Positions 49,179 to 59,422 of a stretch of DNA of 64,000 nucleotides are shown here, one piece after another (position 1 is the stretch's first letter; the number at the start of each line of letters is the position of its first letter). The position numbers and the translations under genes were made by a program. This DNA is from an uncultured delta proteobacterium (GTDB lineage Bacteria > Desulfobacterota > Binatia > UBA9968). The notes below the pieces were generated by a model. The model worked only from the letters and a program-made list of their open reading frames with translations. It did no database searches and was not told the DNA's origin. The stretch is taken from assembly GCA_963760795.1 (NCBI GenBank), contig CAVXEP010000009.1, forward strand, positions 54,848 to 118,847, given 5' to 3'.

Positions 49179-49443
49179 AAATTTATTTTACCTTTCTTAT
49201 TCAACTAACTTCGTTTTTCTTGGTGTGACCGTCTGAAAAAAGCCGCGCAGCATGGCGGCCTCCCTATTGGCCCGCAGCCTATTTCGTCTGCTAGAACACA
49301 GTCAAGCTATGTTATTGCCATAGGATTGAATCGTAGGAGAATTCAATTCAATCCTGAGGGAGTGAGTTCATCGACACGCGCAGCGATATAATCACGCACA
49401 GCGGCCCGGATTTCTGGTCGCCGCGTCTCGTTTCGCAGCCTGG

Positions 49444-50076
49444 TCAGTAAAGCTCGGTCTTCAGGCGCTCGGCATATTTCTCGTTATAATCCCTGGCGTA
49501 GGCAGCGTCCTTGCCGTCGCGGGCGGCGGCGAAGTCGCCGTGGCTCGGCGCGTCGCTCGGCCGCGCCGGCGCATCCCACAGCTTCGCCCGCACGAAGGCT
49601 TTGGGACAGTGATTGAAGGCTTCGTCGACAGCGACGACCATGACCACGCGCGGCGGCTTGCCGCGCACCTCGAATCGCTTCAGCAACTCCGGGTCCGTGC
49701 TGATCGTCGCACTGCCAGTCACGCGATAAGTTTCGTTCGATCCCGGGACCATGAAAATGATACCGACCTTCGGGTTGACGAACAGGTTCTTCATTCCGTC
49801 GATGCGGTTGTTGCCTGGCCGGTCGGGGATCAGCAGTGTGCGGTCGTCGAGCAACTGCACGAAGCCTGGCGCATCGCCCTTGGGCGAACAGTCGATGCTG
49901 GTCCCGTTCGAAGTGGCGAGCACCAGGAACGGCGATGCCGCGATGAAGGCGCGCCCAACCTCGGTGATGTGGTCTGATTCCTTGGTGGCGACGTTGGGCA
50001 ACGGCTTGGCATAAATCTTCGCGAGATCGTCCAGCGAAGTAACGGTGTAGGTATCGTTTCGGTCTATCGTATCCAT
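49444..50076 (-). CDS. Pyridoxamine 5'-phosphate oxidase-like FMN-binding protein (MSMEG_1061 family)
   Basis: DCSPKGDAPGFV, IPDRPGNNRID, HCPKAFVRAKLW. Confidence 0.88.
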   Translation of the reverse strand: MDTIDRNDTYTVTSLDDLAKIYAKPLPNVATKESDHITEVGRAFIAASPFLVLATSNGTSIDCSPKGDAPGFVQLLDDRTLLIPDRPGNNRIDGMKNLFVNPKVGIIFMVPGSNETYRVTGSATISTDPELLKRFEVRGKPPRVVMVVAVDEAFNHCPKAFVRAKLWDAPARPSDAPSHGDFAAARDGKDAAYARDYNEKYAERLKTELY

Positions 50077-50358
50077 GTCATATTGCTCCTTTGATAGGTG
50101 ACGGATCGCAGCTGTGGCTGGATCTGTTCAATATCCATCAGCTAACCGAGTCTTGTCAATATTGAGATTTGCGGCATAGGGTCGCGTTATCCCTCAACGA
50201 ACGGCGGCTTGTTTCGGCTAGACCAGCACAAAGTCCTCACGGTTGAACTGTACGACACCTCATTCTACATCGAGATGCTTTAGAAATCGTCTGATGACCT
50301 GTTGCATAACAATTCTCCTCTCCATTTGTCTTGGAGAGCAAGATACCACAGCATCAGG

Positions 50359-50427
50359 ACGTAACTGTACTCGCGGGGAATTCAATTCAATCTCAGCCGT
50401 AGCGTCCGGTGCATGGGCGGGTTAGAT
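50359..50427 (-). mobile_element. Degenerate or interrupted attC site
   Basis: ATCTAACCCGCCCATGCACCGGAC starts 14 nt after the DUF1353 stop; possible GTTACGT R' at 50365-50359. Confidence 0.55.
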
Positions 50428-50441
50428 AGAATTGGAAACAT

Positions 50442-51041
50442 TTATGGGACTACTGTTGTATTCCCGTATGCACAATAGCTTTGGTCCTGCTCAAAGGGTG
50501 GATCTTTAACGCCCTGTTTGACTAGCAATTCTCTATAGGAGGGCCAATTCGTGTTGGGGTCGGCGGGACGAAGATAGTTTTCTGGAACAATCCGTGGGAG
50601 TCCTGCTCTCCGTTCCACCGCATTCGCGTTCCACGGCGCCGCGCCTCCGATATCGACACCGCGGTAGACCAGAAACTCATCAAAACCACTGACGCTACTC
50701 TCCTTCATAGCAATGACCAAAAGCCTATCAGCCTGCCCTCTCGAGCAACCTTGCGACCAGTATAGATAGTCGTGAACTACGGCTGCACGACTGTACTGTC
50801 CGTGCGGGCTCAGTCCCAAGGTCCAAAGAGACTGTGGAATTGAGGCGAAGTCGGTGACAAAGCCTTTAGGGACAACGATCCGTTCGTTTGTACTCCCGAT
50901 CACGTAGATCATCTCCTCGACCAGTATCCAGAATTTGTTGTCGCCAAATGCTCGAACCAGCGGTGATGGGGGTGTCTGTTGACTCCAAGACGTTGTGGCG
51001 GCACATAGGAGTGCAATTAAGACGTACAGTTGCTTACTCAT
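50442..51041 (-). CDS. DUF1353 domain secreted protein
   Basis: Signal peptide; VPKGFVTDFASIP; AAVVHDYLY; QADRLL. Confidence 0.88.
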   Translation of the reverse strand: MSKQLYVLIALLCAATTSWSQQTPPSPLVRAFGDNKFWILVEEMIYVIGSTNERIVVPKGFVTDFASIPQSLWTLGLSPHGQYSRAAVVHDYLYWSQGCSRGQADRLLVIAMKESSVSGFDEFLVYRGVDIGGAAPWNANAVERRAGLPRIVPENYLRPADPNTNWPSYRELLVKQGVKDPPFEQDQSYCAYGNTTVVP

Positions 51042-51253
51042 TTTTGATCCTCCTTCATCACAGTTTATTTTACCATTCTTGCTCGACTAACTTCGTGTCT
51101 CACTGCAAATCCCAACTGGCGGAATTATTGCCAGCAATCGGAGTATCGCACGGAGCGATGCATCTGAGTACTTGTACCGCGTCAGCTATTTAGTTAATGC
51201 TAGCAGACGGAATTTGTCCTGGTTCTATATAAGTAGAAGGGGGCGCGAAAAGA

Positions 51254-52262
51254 GTGAAATTGTTGCTCGTCCTAGGGTTAAGTTTTTTATTGATATTGAG
51301 TGGTAGCTCTGGCGCCGCAACGGTGAGCCCAACTAAAAGTAATTTCGGCACCAGCGTCACCAGCCAAATCATGACCGTGTTGTGGGTCGCCAAAGACCAA
51401 AATTTGTTTCGCAAGCATGGCTTGGACATCCAACTCATCCGCATGCCAAGCTCCGCCGTATCTTTGTCCGCCCTGCTGGTTGGCGAAGTCGACATGGTCG
51501 CGGTAGGACCGGGGCGGCTCCTCAATGCCGCTACTGCCGGAGGCGATCTCGTCGGAGTCGCCAACCTTGGAAACGATCTGGACTATAGACTGATCGCCCG
51601 TCCTGAAATCAAGAAGCCCGAAGATTTGCACGGCAAACGCGTCGCGATCAGCGGACCGGGCTCCGTGTCGCACATCGTGGCACTCTTGGCGCTGCAGAAA
51701 TTGGGTATAGATCCAAGGCAAGCGAGAGTCACTTTTCTTGCGATCCCCGGAACCGAAGTCAATTATCGGACGGCGCTTGAGACTGGCACTGTCGACGCCG
51801 CGCCTTTGAATGGTCCGGTGGGCGATTACTATTCATCCCGGGGTTACAGCCTGCTTTATAATTTGCAGACTTCTGGAGTGGCAATGCCCCAGGATTTACT
51901 GGTTACGACCAAACGCATACTGACGAGCCGAGCAGCCGATCGTCGAGGCGCAGATCAAAGCGTTTGTCGAAGCGATTGCTTATCTCCAGGACGCCAGGAA
52001 TAAGGCATCCGTGAAACGCAGTGTTGCATCGAACATGAGGCTCAATGATGAAACCGTCATCGAGGAGACCTACCAGACGGTGCTCCAATCCTATGAGCGC
52101 GCGCCCTACCCAAATCTCGATGGCATGAAGCAATTGCAGACGTTACTGACCTCCGTCAACCCCAAACTAAAGGACCTGAAGACCGAAACCATCGTCGATG
52201 GTGGATTTATCAGCAGGCTAGAAAGCTCAGGCTTTATTCAAAACCTCTACAAGAAACCCTGA
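51254..52262 (+). CDS. SsuA/NMT1-type substrate-binding protein (frameshift near 51930)
   Basis: ORFs 51254-52003 and 52011-52262 are parts of one SBP. Confidence 0.82.
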
Positions 52263-52414
52263 GACCTTTGCGTCGCGCTCCTATACCGAGCCGGCATAAA
52301 CCATCAGCCTTTGGAGAAAAATTCACATGGTAATTCTGACTTCAGAGAAGCCAACGTGAATTCATCGGAGCGGCGTTTACGATCTGAGTTTGTCGAAATG
52401 GACTTCAACCTCCC

Positions 52415-53398
52415 CTACCTCCCCGGCTTCCACCCCGCCGCGTCCAGCTCGGCGTTGACCTTGCGCGCCAAACCATAGCTGTAGAGTTTTTCCACCGTCG
52501 GCGCTTCCTTCGGGTTGAGAACTTTGAGCGCTTGGTCGAGGTATTTTTTCTGCATGTCTAGGTTCACGGTGCCGTCGGCGGTCATGATCGGGCGCACTTG
52601 ATCGTAGTATTGGCCGGCGAGGTCGTCTTTGAGCTTCATGTAGCGAAGCAGAATGGGAATCGTGCCAGCTTTGTTTTCACGCGCATAGCGCAGTCCTTTC
52701 ACGGTGCCGCGCACGAACTTTTCGACCACCCCAGGATCGGTTTGTAAGAACTTGTCGTTGACCAGAATGCTGCCTTGCAGTTCGACAAAATCTTCTTTGA
52801 GAAAAGACACCAGCTCGCGAAAGCCGGCGTCGCGCACGACGAAATTGAACGGCGGGCTGATCATCCCGGCGTCGACGATGCCGTTGCGCAGGGCGGTCGC
52901 CAGGGTCGCCGGCAAACCCAACGCCAGGATGGTCGCGTCTCGCCCGCCTTCGATGGCGCTGCGCTTGAGCACTTCGCGCAGCAAATTATCCGGGCCGCTG
53001 CCCAGGCCGGTGACGCCGATGCGTTTGCCTCTGAGTGATTTCACGTCGGCAAACTCGGGCTTGGCGTAGAGCCAAAACATCGGCCGGAAAAACGTGCTGT
53101 AGACGAACCGCAAGGGCACGCCGCCGACCATGGCGGTCATCCCCGCGCCGCTCATGGAAGCGAAATCGACATTGCCGCCGATCAGCGCCGAGATGCCGAG
53201 CGTGTCGCGCATCTGCACCAAGTCGACGTCCAAACCTTCGTCGCGGTAATAACCTCTTTCCTTCGCGGCGGTGAACGCGATGACGACCATGCTGAGGGTC
53301 GGCACGGCGACGCGCACGGTTGCTGCCTCGGCGCGCGGTGACAGGCCAGCGCTAATCAGCAAGCAGATTAGAATAGATAACCTCAACGTTGCTCGCAT
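52415..53398 (-). CDS. SsuA/NMT1-type substrate-binding protein
   Basis: Signal peptide; AKERGYYRDEGLDV; LRGKRIGV. Confidence 0.9.
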   Translation of the reverse strand: MRATLRLSILICLLISAGLSPRAEAATVRVAVPTLSMVVIAFTAAKERGYYRDEGLDVDLVQMRDTLGISALIGGNVDFASMSGAGMTAMVGGVPLRFVYSTFFRPMFWLYAKPEFADVKSLRGKRIGVTGLGSGPDNLLREVLKRSAIEGGRDATILALGLPATLATALRNGIVDAGMISPPFNFVVRDAGFRELVSFLKEDFVELQGSILVNDKFLQTDPGVVEKFVRGTVKGLRYARENKAGTIPILLRYMKLKDDLAGQYYDQVRPIMTADGTVNLDMQKKYLDQALKVLNPKEAPTVEKLYSYGLARKVNAELDAAGWKPGR

Positions 53399-53434
53399 AA
53401 ATGATCTCTCCTTTTGCCGCCGACCATGGCGGCG

Positions 53435-54199
53435 TTACGCAATCGTGTAGGGAACTTCTAAGCCTTGTTGCCGATTCCAATCGGTGGCGACAAAAGATTG
53501 CCCGGTGATTCCACTTGATTCATCCGCGGCCAGGTAAACCGCGCAAGCCCGGACGATCGCCGGACTGAGCATGCGCACGCCACGATTGCCGGGAATATTT
53601 CTTATCGCCTCGGTGGCGACGATGCCGCCGGGATCGAGGCAATTGGCGCGAATGTTGTACTGCGCATTCTCCAGCGCCAACACCTGAGTGAGCCCTTCAA
53701 CGCCGAACTTCGCCGCGGAGTACGGACCGCGCAGCAACTTGCCCTTTTTCCCCTGGGGCGAAGATATATTGATGATAGTGCCGCCGCCTTGGACGCGCAT
53801 AATCTTGAGCGCGTCCCGGCTGCACAGGAACGTACCGGTGAGATTGGTATCGAGAACTTTCAGCCACACATCCAATGGGGTATCGGCCAATGCTAAATTC
53901 ACCGGCCCGCCGCGCGGCCAGGCAAACCCGGCATTGTTCACCAGGACGTCCAGGCGCGAAAATTTGTCCAGGGTACGTTGAAAGAGTTCGGCAACGTCGC
54001 GCTCTGAAGTCACATCAGCTCGAACCGCCAACACTTGTTCCGGCGCTAATGCCAAACGGGCGGCGGCGGCATCAACGTCCGCTTGCACGAGATCGCAGAG
54101 CGAAACCCGCGCGCCCGCTTGCGCAAGCGATTGAACAATCTCCCAGCCGATACCGCGCGCCGCGCCGGTGACGAGAGCGACTTTGCCGTCAAGTTTCAT
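53435..54199 (-). CDS. SDR family oxidoreductase
   Basis: TGAARGIG, NNAG, YSAAK; start ATG 54199. Confidence 0.92.
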   Translation of the reverse strand: MKLDGKVALVTGAARGIGWEIVQSLAQAGARVSLCDLVQADVDAAAARLALAPEQVLAVRADVTSERDVAELFQRTLDKFSRLDVLVNNAGFAWPRGGPVNLALADTPLDVWLKVLDTNLTGTFLCSRDALKIMRVQGGGTIINISSPQGKKGKLLRGPYSAAKFGVEGLTQVLALENAQYNIRANCLDPGGIVATEAIRNIPGNRGVRMLSPAIVRACAVYLAADESSGITGQSFVATDWNRQQGLEVPYTIA

Positions 54200-54281
54200 T
54201 GTCAAAAAAAATCGAATGCTATATATAGCAACCGCATCTATAGTTCGCGGCACCGATTAAATGCAAGCATGGAGAAAAAAC

Positions 54282-55496
54282 ATGGGGTCAGCTAAACGCA
54301 AAAACCGCGGCCACGGGAAACAACTGCGCTGGGAAGATCTCGTCTCGACCAAGCCCGGCACCCTCGCGGGGAATTACCTGCGCCGGTTTTGGCAGCCGAT
54401 CCACCGCGCCGAAGAACTTCGCGCCGGCGAAGCCAAACCGATCGAAATCATGAGCGAGCGCTTTACGCTCTACCGCGGTGAAACCGGCGCGCCCCATGTC
54501 GTCGGTTTTCGTTGTCCCCATCGTGGCACACAGCTTTCGGCCGGCTGGGTGGAAGGCGACTGCATCCGCTGCGTGTATCACGGCTGGCTGTTCAACGGCG
54601 CCGGGCAATGCATGGAACAGCCGGCCGAAGATAAATCCTTTGCCGCCAAGATCCGCATCGGCAACTGTCCGACGCGGGAATATTTAGGCTTGATCTTCGC
54701 CTACTTTGGCGAAGGCGAAGCGCCGCCGTTTCCACGCTATCCGCATATGGAAGAGGACGGCGTCCTCGAAGTGCTGTCGACGGAAATCTGGCCGTGCAAT
54801 TTTTTCCAGCGCATCGACAACAACGGCGACACCTATCACGTGCCCTTCGTCCATCGCGGCGCCTACTCGGCCTCTTCGGCGAACAATCGCGCCGGCCTGC
54901 CGGAAATTTCCAAAGAAGAAAGCCCCTGGGGCACCACTGCCTACGCAAGCTTCGCCCAGGGCTGGCGCAACGTTTTTCAGTTCTTCATGCCCAACGCCTA
55001 CGCTTTTCGCAACCCCTCGCCGGAACCGGAGTGCGGCGCGGAAGACCGCATGCAATGGGACGTGCCGCTCGACGACGAGAGGTCTTTGGAATTTCGCCTG
55101 CGCCGTTTGCCGCTCACCGGTAAAGCCGCCGAAGACTACCGCGCGCGCCGCGCCGCCGCGGCCGCGGAGCCAAAAATCTCGGTCGCGCAGATGGGCGCAG
55201 CCGTGCTGGCGGGAAAACTCAACTTCCAAGACTTGGACAAATTTTTCCAAGACAAAATCGCTTTGGTGCATAGCCAAGACTACGTCGCGCAAGTCGGCCA
55301 AGGCCCGGTGGCCGATCGCGCCCAGGAACATCTCGGCCGCTCCGACACCGGCATTATTTTATTTCGCAAGATCTGGGAGAGAGAACTGCGCGCCTTAGCC
55401 GAAGGACGGCCGCTGAAAAAATGGTGCTTGCCCCAAGACGCCGAGATCGCATTCCAGCAGGAGTCGACAAAATTGCTTCAGAGCGCGCCAGGATAG
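54282..55496 (+). CDS. Rieske oxygenase alpha subunit (phthalate/5,5'-dehydrodivanillate demethylase-like)
   Basis: CPHRG..CVYHGW; DNNGDTYHVPFVH; QDYVAQVGQG..EHLGRSD. Confidence 0.9.
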   Translation: MGSAKRKNRGHGKQLRWEDLVSTKPGTLAGNYLRRFWQPIHRAEELRAGEAKPIEIMSERFTLYRGETGAPHVVGFRCPHRGTQLSAGWVEGDCIRCVYHGWLFNGAGQCMEQPAEDKSFAAKIRIGNCPTREYLGLIFAYFGEGEAPPFPRYPHMEEDGVLEVLSTEIWPCNFFQRIDNNGDTYHVPFVHRGAYSASSANNRAGLPEISKEESPWGTTAYASFAQGWRNVFQFFMPNAYAFRNPSPEPECGAEDRMQWDVPLDDERSLEFRLRRLPLTGKAAEDYRARRAAAAAEPKISVAQMGAAVLAGKLNFQDLDKFFQDKIALVHSQDYVAQVGQGPVADRAQEHLGRSDTGIILFRKIWERELRALAEGRPLKKWCLPQDAEIAFQQESTKLLQSAPG

Positions 55497-55558
55497 GCTA
55501 GGAATGGCGAGTAGATGTTCTTGAGGTTGCGGTGGTCGGTTGCTACGCGGAGATCATT

Positions 55559-56020
55559 TCAACCTTTCCTGGGAGGCAGCCAGAGTTTGATACTCATGCC
55601 GCTGGAGCCAAGTTGCAGCCGCGCGCCCTGAGAGACGGAATTGAGGTGCATGACGACGCCGTTTGAGTTGCGCAGAGACATCCCACCCACTCCTCCGCCC
55701 AGAGCAACGCTAGCTTCAGCAGCAACGTACTGTCCCTCGAACTTGGCCAAGTCAGCTAAATTATAAACATCACCGGCGGCGCTTGCCTTGCTAACGCCGA
55801 TATCGATAAGTGTGACGCCATTGATCGAAAAACCATACTCTTTCCCGTTGAACCTGAGCTTGCCATTGCCCCAGCTAAAACCGATACCCGCGGCGACGGA
55901 AGTGGTTTCGAGCGATACCTTTGCCGCCGGCAGGTCGCTTTGGGCAACGGCCGCGGTTACCGCGAGTGTTAGCGCGAAAAACAGCATGACAGTGGGCAAA
56001 AGAATTTTGACCTTGGGCAT
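55559..56020 (-). CDS. Secreted DUF1134/EipA-like protein
   Basis: Signal peptide; AAGIGFSWGNGKL..GDVYNL..FEGQY..NSNGV. Confidence 0.7.
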   Translation of the reverse strand: MPKVKILLPTVMLFFALTLAVTAAVAQSDLPAAKVSLETTSVAAGIGFSWGNGKLRFNGKEYGFSINGVTLIDIGVSKASAAGDVYNLADLAKFEGQYVAAEASVALGGGVGGMSLRNSNGVVMHLNSVSQGARLQLGSSGMSIKLWLPPRKG

Positions 56021-56346
56021 ATGACCTCCGCCTCGGTTTTGAAAACCACTCAAAGCTCAAACCGTATCGCCAAGAGACAAGAATCCTCGCCGCCAAGGAC
56101 CCTGAAGTCAGGACCAAGGAGCCATGCGCATGCCAGCGAGCAATTCTGGAACTATGAGAACTATAGCTCCAAGAAGGGTCATTCCAGTGTGCCTGAGATC
56201 GCCCTGATTAATGAAAAGAATCCAGCACCGGGCGATTTGGCCATGACCGCGGAACCCATCACGTTTGCCGCGAGATTAGCAGGAAATCGGTTGTCTGCTT
56301 TGCGTAACCACCGCGCTGGATCGATGTCGAGGCGATAGCCGGGTCA

Positions 56347-57261
56347 TTACTTCCGACGCTTGCGTACCTGAATTCCGGCGGCTTCTTCCTGGAGGCGAAA
56401 CAGCGACGCCGTGCTTTGCTCCGCCCAGCCACGGCTGATGGCGTGGATCATCATCTGCTCGACGAGCGCGGCGATGGGCATCGGCACGTTGTGCTGACGG
56501 CCCAAGTCGGTTGCCAGGCCGACGTCCTTTCGCGACAGCCCAATGCCGAAACTCGCCGGTGGTTCGTAGTTGCCCGTGAAGACGGTGTCGGCGAAGTGTT
56601 TTTTCAGTTGATTGAGTTGGACATCCAAGCCCCAATGCATGCAGTCCCAGAGAAGCTCCGGGTCGACGCCGGCCTTGGCTCCCAACACGAGGCCTTCGCC
56701 GATCGCCAAGCCGATGCCGCGGCGCACCAAGTTGTGCGCCAGTTTGATCACGGTACCGGTTCCTAATTCACCCGTGTAGACAACCGTGTCGCTGAAGGCA
56801 TCGAGCAGCGGCTTCACTTCGCTGTAAGCTTCGGAGCCGCCCGACGCCAGCACTTGAACGCTGCGATTGGCAATACCCTTTCTACCAACGATTAGCGGCG
56901 CGTCCATCACCCGCCCGCCGCGCGCGCCAAACTCCGCGGCAATACACCGGATCAGATCGGCGCTGCTGCTGGAAAGATCGACATAGATACTGCCGTCGCG
57001 AACGCCGTGGACCAGCCCGTTCGCGCCGAGCGCAACCACTTCAACTTCCCGCGGCCCCGGCAGCGAAGTAAAAACCACCCGGCACTCCCGCGCAACTTCC
57101 GTCGCCGACGCCGCGAGGCGCGCCCCTCTTTCTACCAATGGCCGCGCTGCCTCCGGCACGATGTCATAAACCACCATCGCATAGCCGGCCTTGTGAATAT
57201 TTCCGGCCACGACAGCGCCAATAGTTCCCAGGCCGACGAATCCTATTGGTTCCATTTTCAC
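56347..57261 (-). CDS. 3-hydroxyisobutyrate/2-hydroxy-3-oxopropionate dehydrogenase family
   Basis: IGFVGLGTIG, DAP, KLAHN, KDVGLA. Confidence 0.9.
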   Translation of the reverse strand: MKMEPIGFVGLGTIGAVVAGNIHKAGYAMVVYDIVPEAARPLVERGARLAASATEVARECRVVFTSLPGPREVEVVALGANGLVHGVRDGSIYVDLSSSSADLIRCIAAEFGARGGRVMDAPLIVGRKGIANRSVQVLASGGSEAYSEVKPLLDAFSDTVVYTGELGTGTVIKLAHNLVRRGIGLAIGEGLVLGAKAGVDPELLWDCMHWGLDVQLNQLKKHFADTVFTGNYEPPASFGIGLSRKDVGLATDLGRQHNVPMPIAALVEQMMIHAISRGWAEQSTASLFRLQEEAAGIQVRKRRK

Positions 57262-57410
57262 ACCTCGTAAATCGGAGTCTTAAATATGCATTCCTATCCG
57301 CCTCTCGGCAGAGCGGCGGCATCCGCTTCATCGTCGGATAGCGCCGCTTGATCCGTGAACACGCCGCGCGTTTACACCCATAATGAATTCGCCCGAGAAT
57401 CGGCAGGTTC

Positions 57411-58169
57411 TCAGTGCATATGCTGGCCGCCGTCGACGCCGATGGCTTGGCCGGTCATGAAGTCGCTGTCATCCGAGGCAAGAAAGATGACGGTGCCGAC
57501 CAGGTCCGCTGGATATTGATCGCGCTGCAGGGCGCGGCTTTTTCTTCTGTCGGCTAGTTGTTCTGGGCTCGTGACTCCTTCTTGATTTGGGCTGGAGATG
57601 GTCAGGCCAGGCATGATCGAGTTGACGCAGATATTATCGCCGCCGACTTCCCTTGCCAGCGCGCGGGTGAAACCGAGGACGCCGGCTTTCGACGATACGT
57701 AGTGCAGGAAAAACGGCGTGCCACCCTGGGTCGTGCCCGATGAGATATTGATGATCTTGCCTTTTTGCTGCTGCTTCATCGTCGGGTAGACGGCTTTGAC
57801 ACAGAGGAAAAGTCCCTTGACGTTGACCGCCATGACCCGGTCCCATTCGTCGGTATCGATTTCCATGAACGCTTTCTTTTTAAGCGCCGAGTAGAGACCG
57901 GCGTTGTTGACCAGGATGTCGATGCGGCCATAGGCTTTTAACGCCGCCGCGGCCATCGCCTGGGTTTTCTCCGGCGAGGTCACGTCGACGGCCACGGCGA
58001 TGGCTTCGCCGCCCGCCGCCGTGATATCGGCGGCGACTTTTTGCGCTTCGGCGTCTTGAATATCGGCAACGACGACTTTCGCGCCTTCCTTGGCCAAACC
58101 GTGAGCGTAAGCTTTGCCGATTCCCACCCCACCGCCGGTGACGATGGCTACTTTATCTTTCAATCGCAT
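57411..58169 (-). CDS. SDR family oxidoreductase
   Basis: TGGGVGIG, NNAG, YVSSK; start ATG 58169. Confidence 0.92.
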   Translation of the reverse strand: MRLKDKVAIVTGGGVGIGKAYAHGLAKEGAKVVVADIQDAEAQKVAADITAAGGEAIAVAVDVTSPEKTQAMAAAALKAYGRIDILVNNAGLYSALKKKAFMEIDTDEWDRVMAVNVKGLFLCVKAVYPTMKQQQKGKIINISSGTTQGGTPFFLHYVSSKAGVLGFTRALAREVGGDNICVNSIMPGLTISSPNQEGVTSPEQLADRRKSRALQRDQYPADLVGTVIFLASDDSDFMTGQAIGVDGGQHMH

Positions 58170-58326
58170 GGTGTGCCTCCTTAGAAATTCATCTAAGAAA
58201 ATTTTCCCGCAAAGGCGCAAAGACGCGCAAGTGATCGGAATCGGAGTATCCAAAACGATTCCGAAGACTGTGGAATCTTCCTTTGGTCGAAATGAATTTG
58301 TTTCGGAATTCGCGCTTCGTGCTTCT

Positions 58327-59367
58327 TCAAATCTTCAGCCGGTAAAAATTAATCGGGTTATCGTGCAGAATCGCTTTCTTGCTCTCGTCGCTGATGTCGT
58401 CGCGTTCGAGAAATTCCGGGATGTCGCGTTTGAACATATCGGGCAGCCGCTCGTGCGGGTAGTCCGACGGCCACATCAGACATTTCCCATTGAATTGCTG
58501 GATCACGAAGGGCAACGACTTTTCTTCCACTTCGCAGGTGGTCCAGATCTGGCCGTTGCGGATCAGCTCGCTGGGCTTTTGCTTCAACAGCGGCGCTTGC
58601 ACGCGGTAGGGTTTTTCCATTTCTTCGTCCATGCGGTCCATCATGTAGGGCAACCAGCCGCAGCCGGCTTCGAGAAAGGCCACGCGCAACTTCGGAAAGC
58701 GCACGAACACGCCTTCGAAAACCATGTGGGTGAACTGGGTCAAGATCGCGAAGGGATGTTCGAGGGTATGGACGTGCAAAAATTTATTGAAAAAGTCGAA
58801 GCCCATGCCGCGGCTCGGCGCGCCATGGATGGTCAGCGGCATGTCGAGCCGCTCGGCCGCTTCATAAATCGGATCGAAGTCGCTGTGACCGTATCCTTTG
58901 TGCAACCAGGTGACCGCCGGTAATAATCCGGCGACATGGCCCAAGGATTTGGCGCGTTCCAATTCTTTGGCGGCTTCGAGCGGTTCATGCACTGGCAGAA
59001 GCGCCACGCCTTTGAGACGGGGACTTACCTTGACGAAGCGATCGGCGAGCCAGGAATTATAGGCGCGTGCCAGCACACAGGCCCATTCAGGATTCTGCAC
59101 CAACCCCAAACCGAGTCCACCAGTCGGATAAAGCACGGTCGTATGAACGCCAAGCTCGTCGAGAAACTGCAACCAGCGCGGCGCTGGGGTCTCCGGATCT
59201 TTGCCGGGAACGCCGGTGCCGCGGTTCCATCCGTCGAGTGACGGAAAATAAGCGTAGGTTTCAAAGCGCGGCGCGCTGCTGTAACGGCCGCCGAGATAGT
59301 CGTGCAGTTCGCGGTCTTTTTCCAGCACGTGGCCGTCGGCGTCGATGATCGGATAACTAGTGCTCAT
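58327..59367 (-). CDS. Amidohydrolase 2 family protein
   Basis: IIDADGH, FLEAGCGW, PSDYPH; start ATG 59367. Confidence 0.9.
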   Translation of the reverse strand: MSTSYPIIDADGHVLEKDRELHDYLGGRYSSAPRFETYAYFPSLDGWNRGTGVPGKDPETPAPRWLQFLDELGVHTTVLYPTGGLGLGLVQNPEWACVLARAYNSWLADRFVKVSPRLKGVALLPVHEPLEAAKELERAKSLGHVAGLLPAVTWLHKGYGHSDFDPIYEAAERLDMPLTIHGAPSRGMGFDFFNKFLHVHTLEHPFAILTQFTHMVFEGVFVRFPKLRVAFLEAGCGWLPYMMDRMDEEMEKPYRVQAPLLKQKPSELIRNGQIWTTCEVEEKSLPFVIQQFNGKCLMWPSDYPHERLPDMFKRDIPEFLERDDISDESKKAILHDNPINFYRLKI

Positions 59368-59377
59368 AAAACTCTCC

Positions 59378-59410
59378 GTTCCAAACGTTCCAGTCGTTCC
59401 ACGGGTTCCA
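59378..59410 (-). repeat. 9-bp-period TGGAAC x4 array immediately before the amidohydrolase SD
   Basis: GTTCCA at 59378, 59387, 59396, 59405. Confidence 0.85.
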
Positions 59411-59422
59411 ATCGTGGTTACA

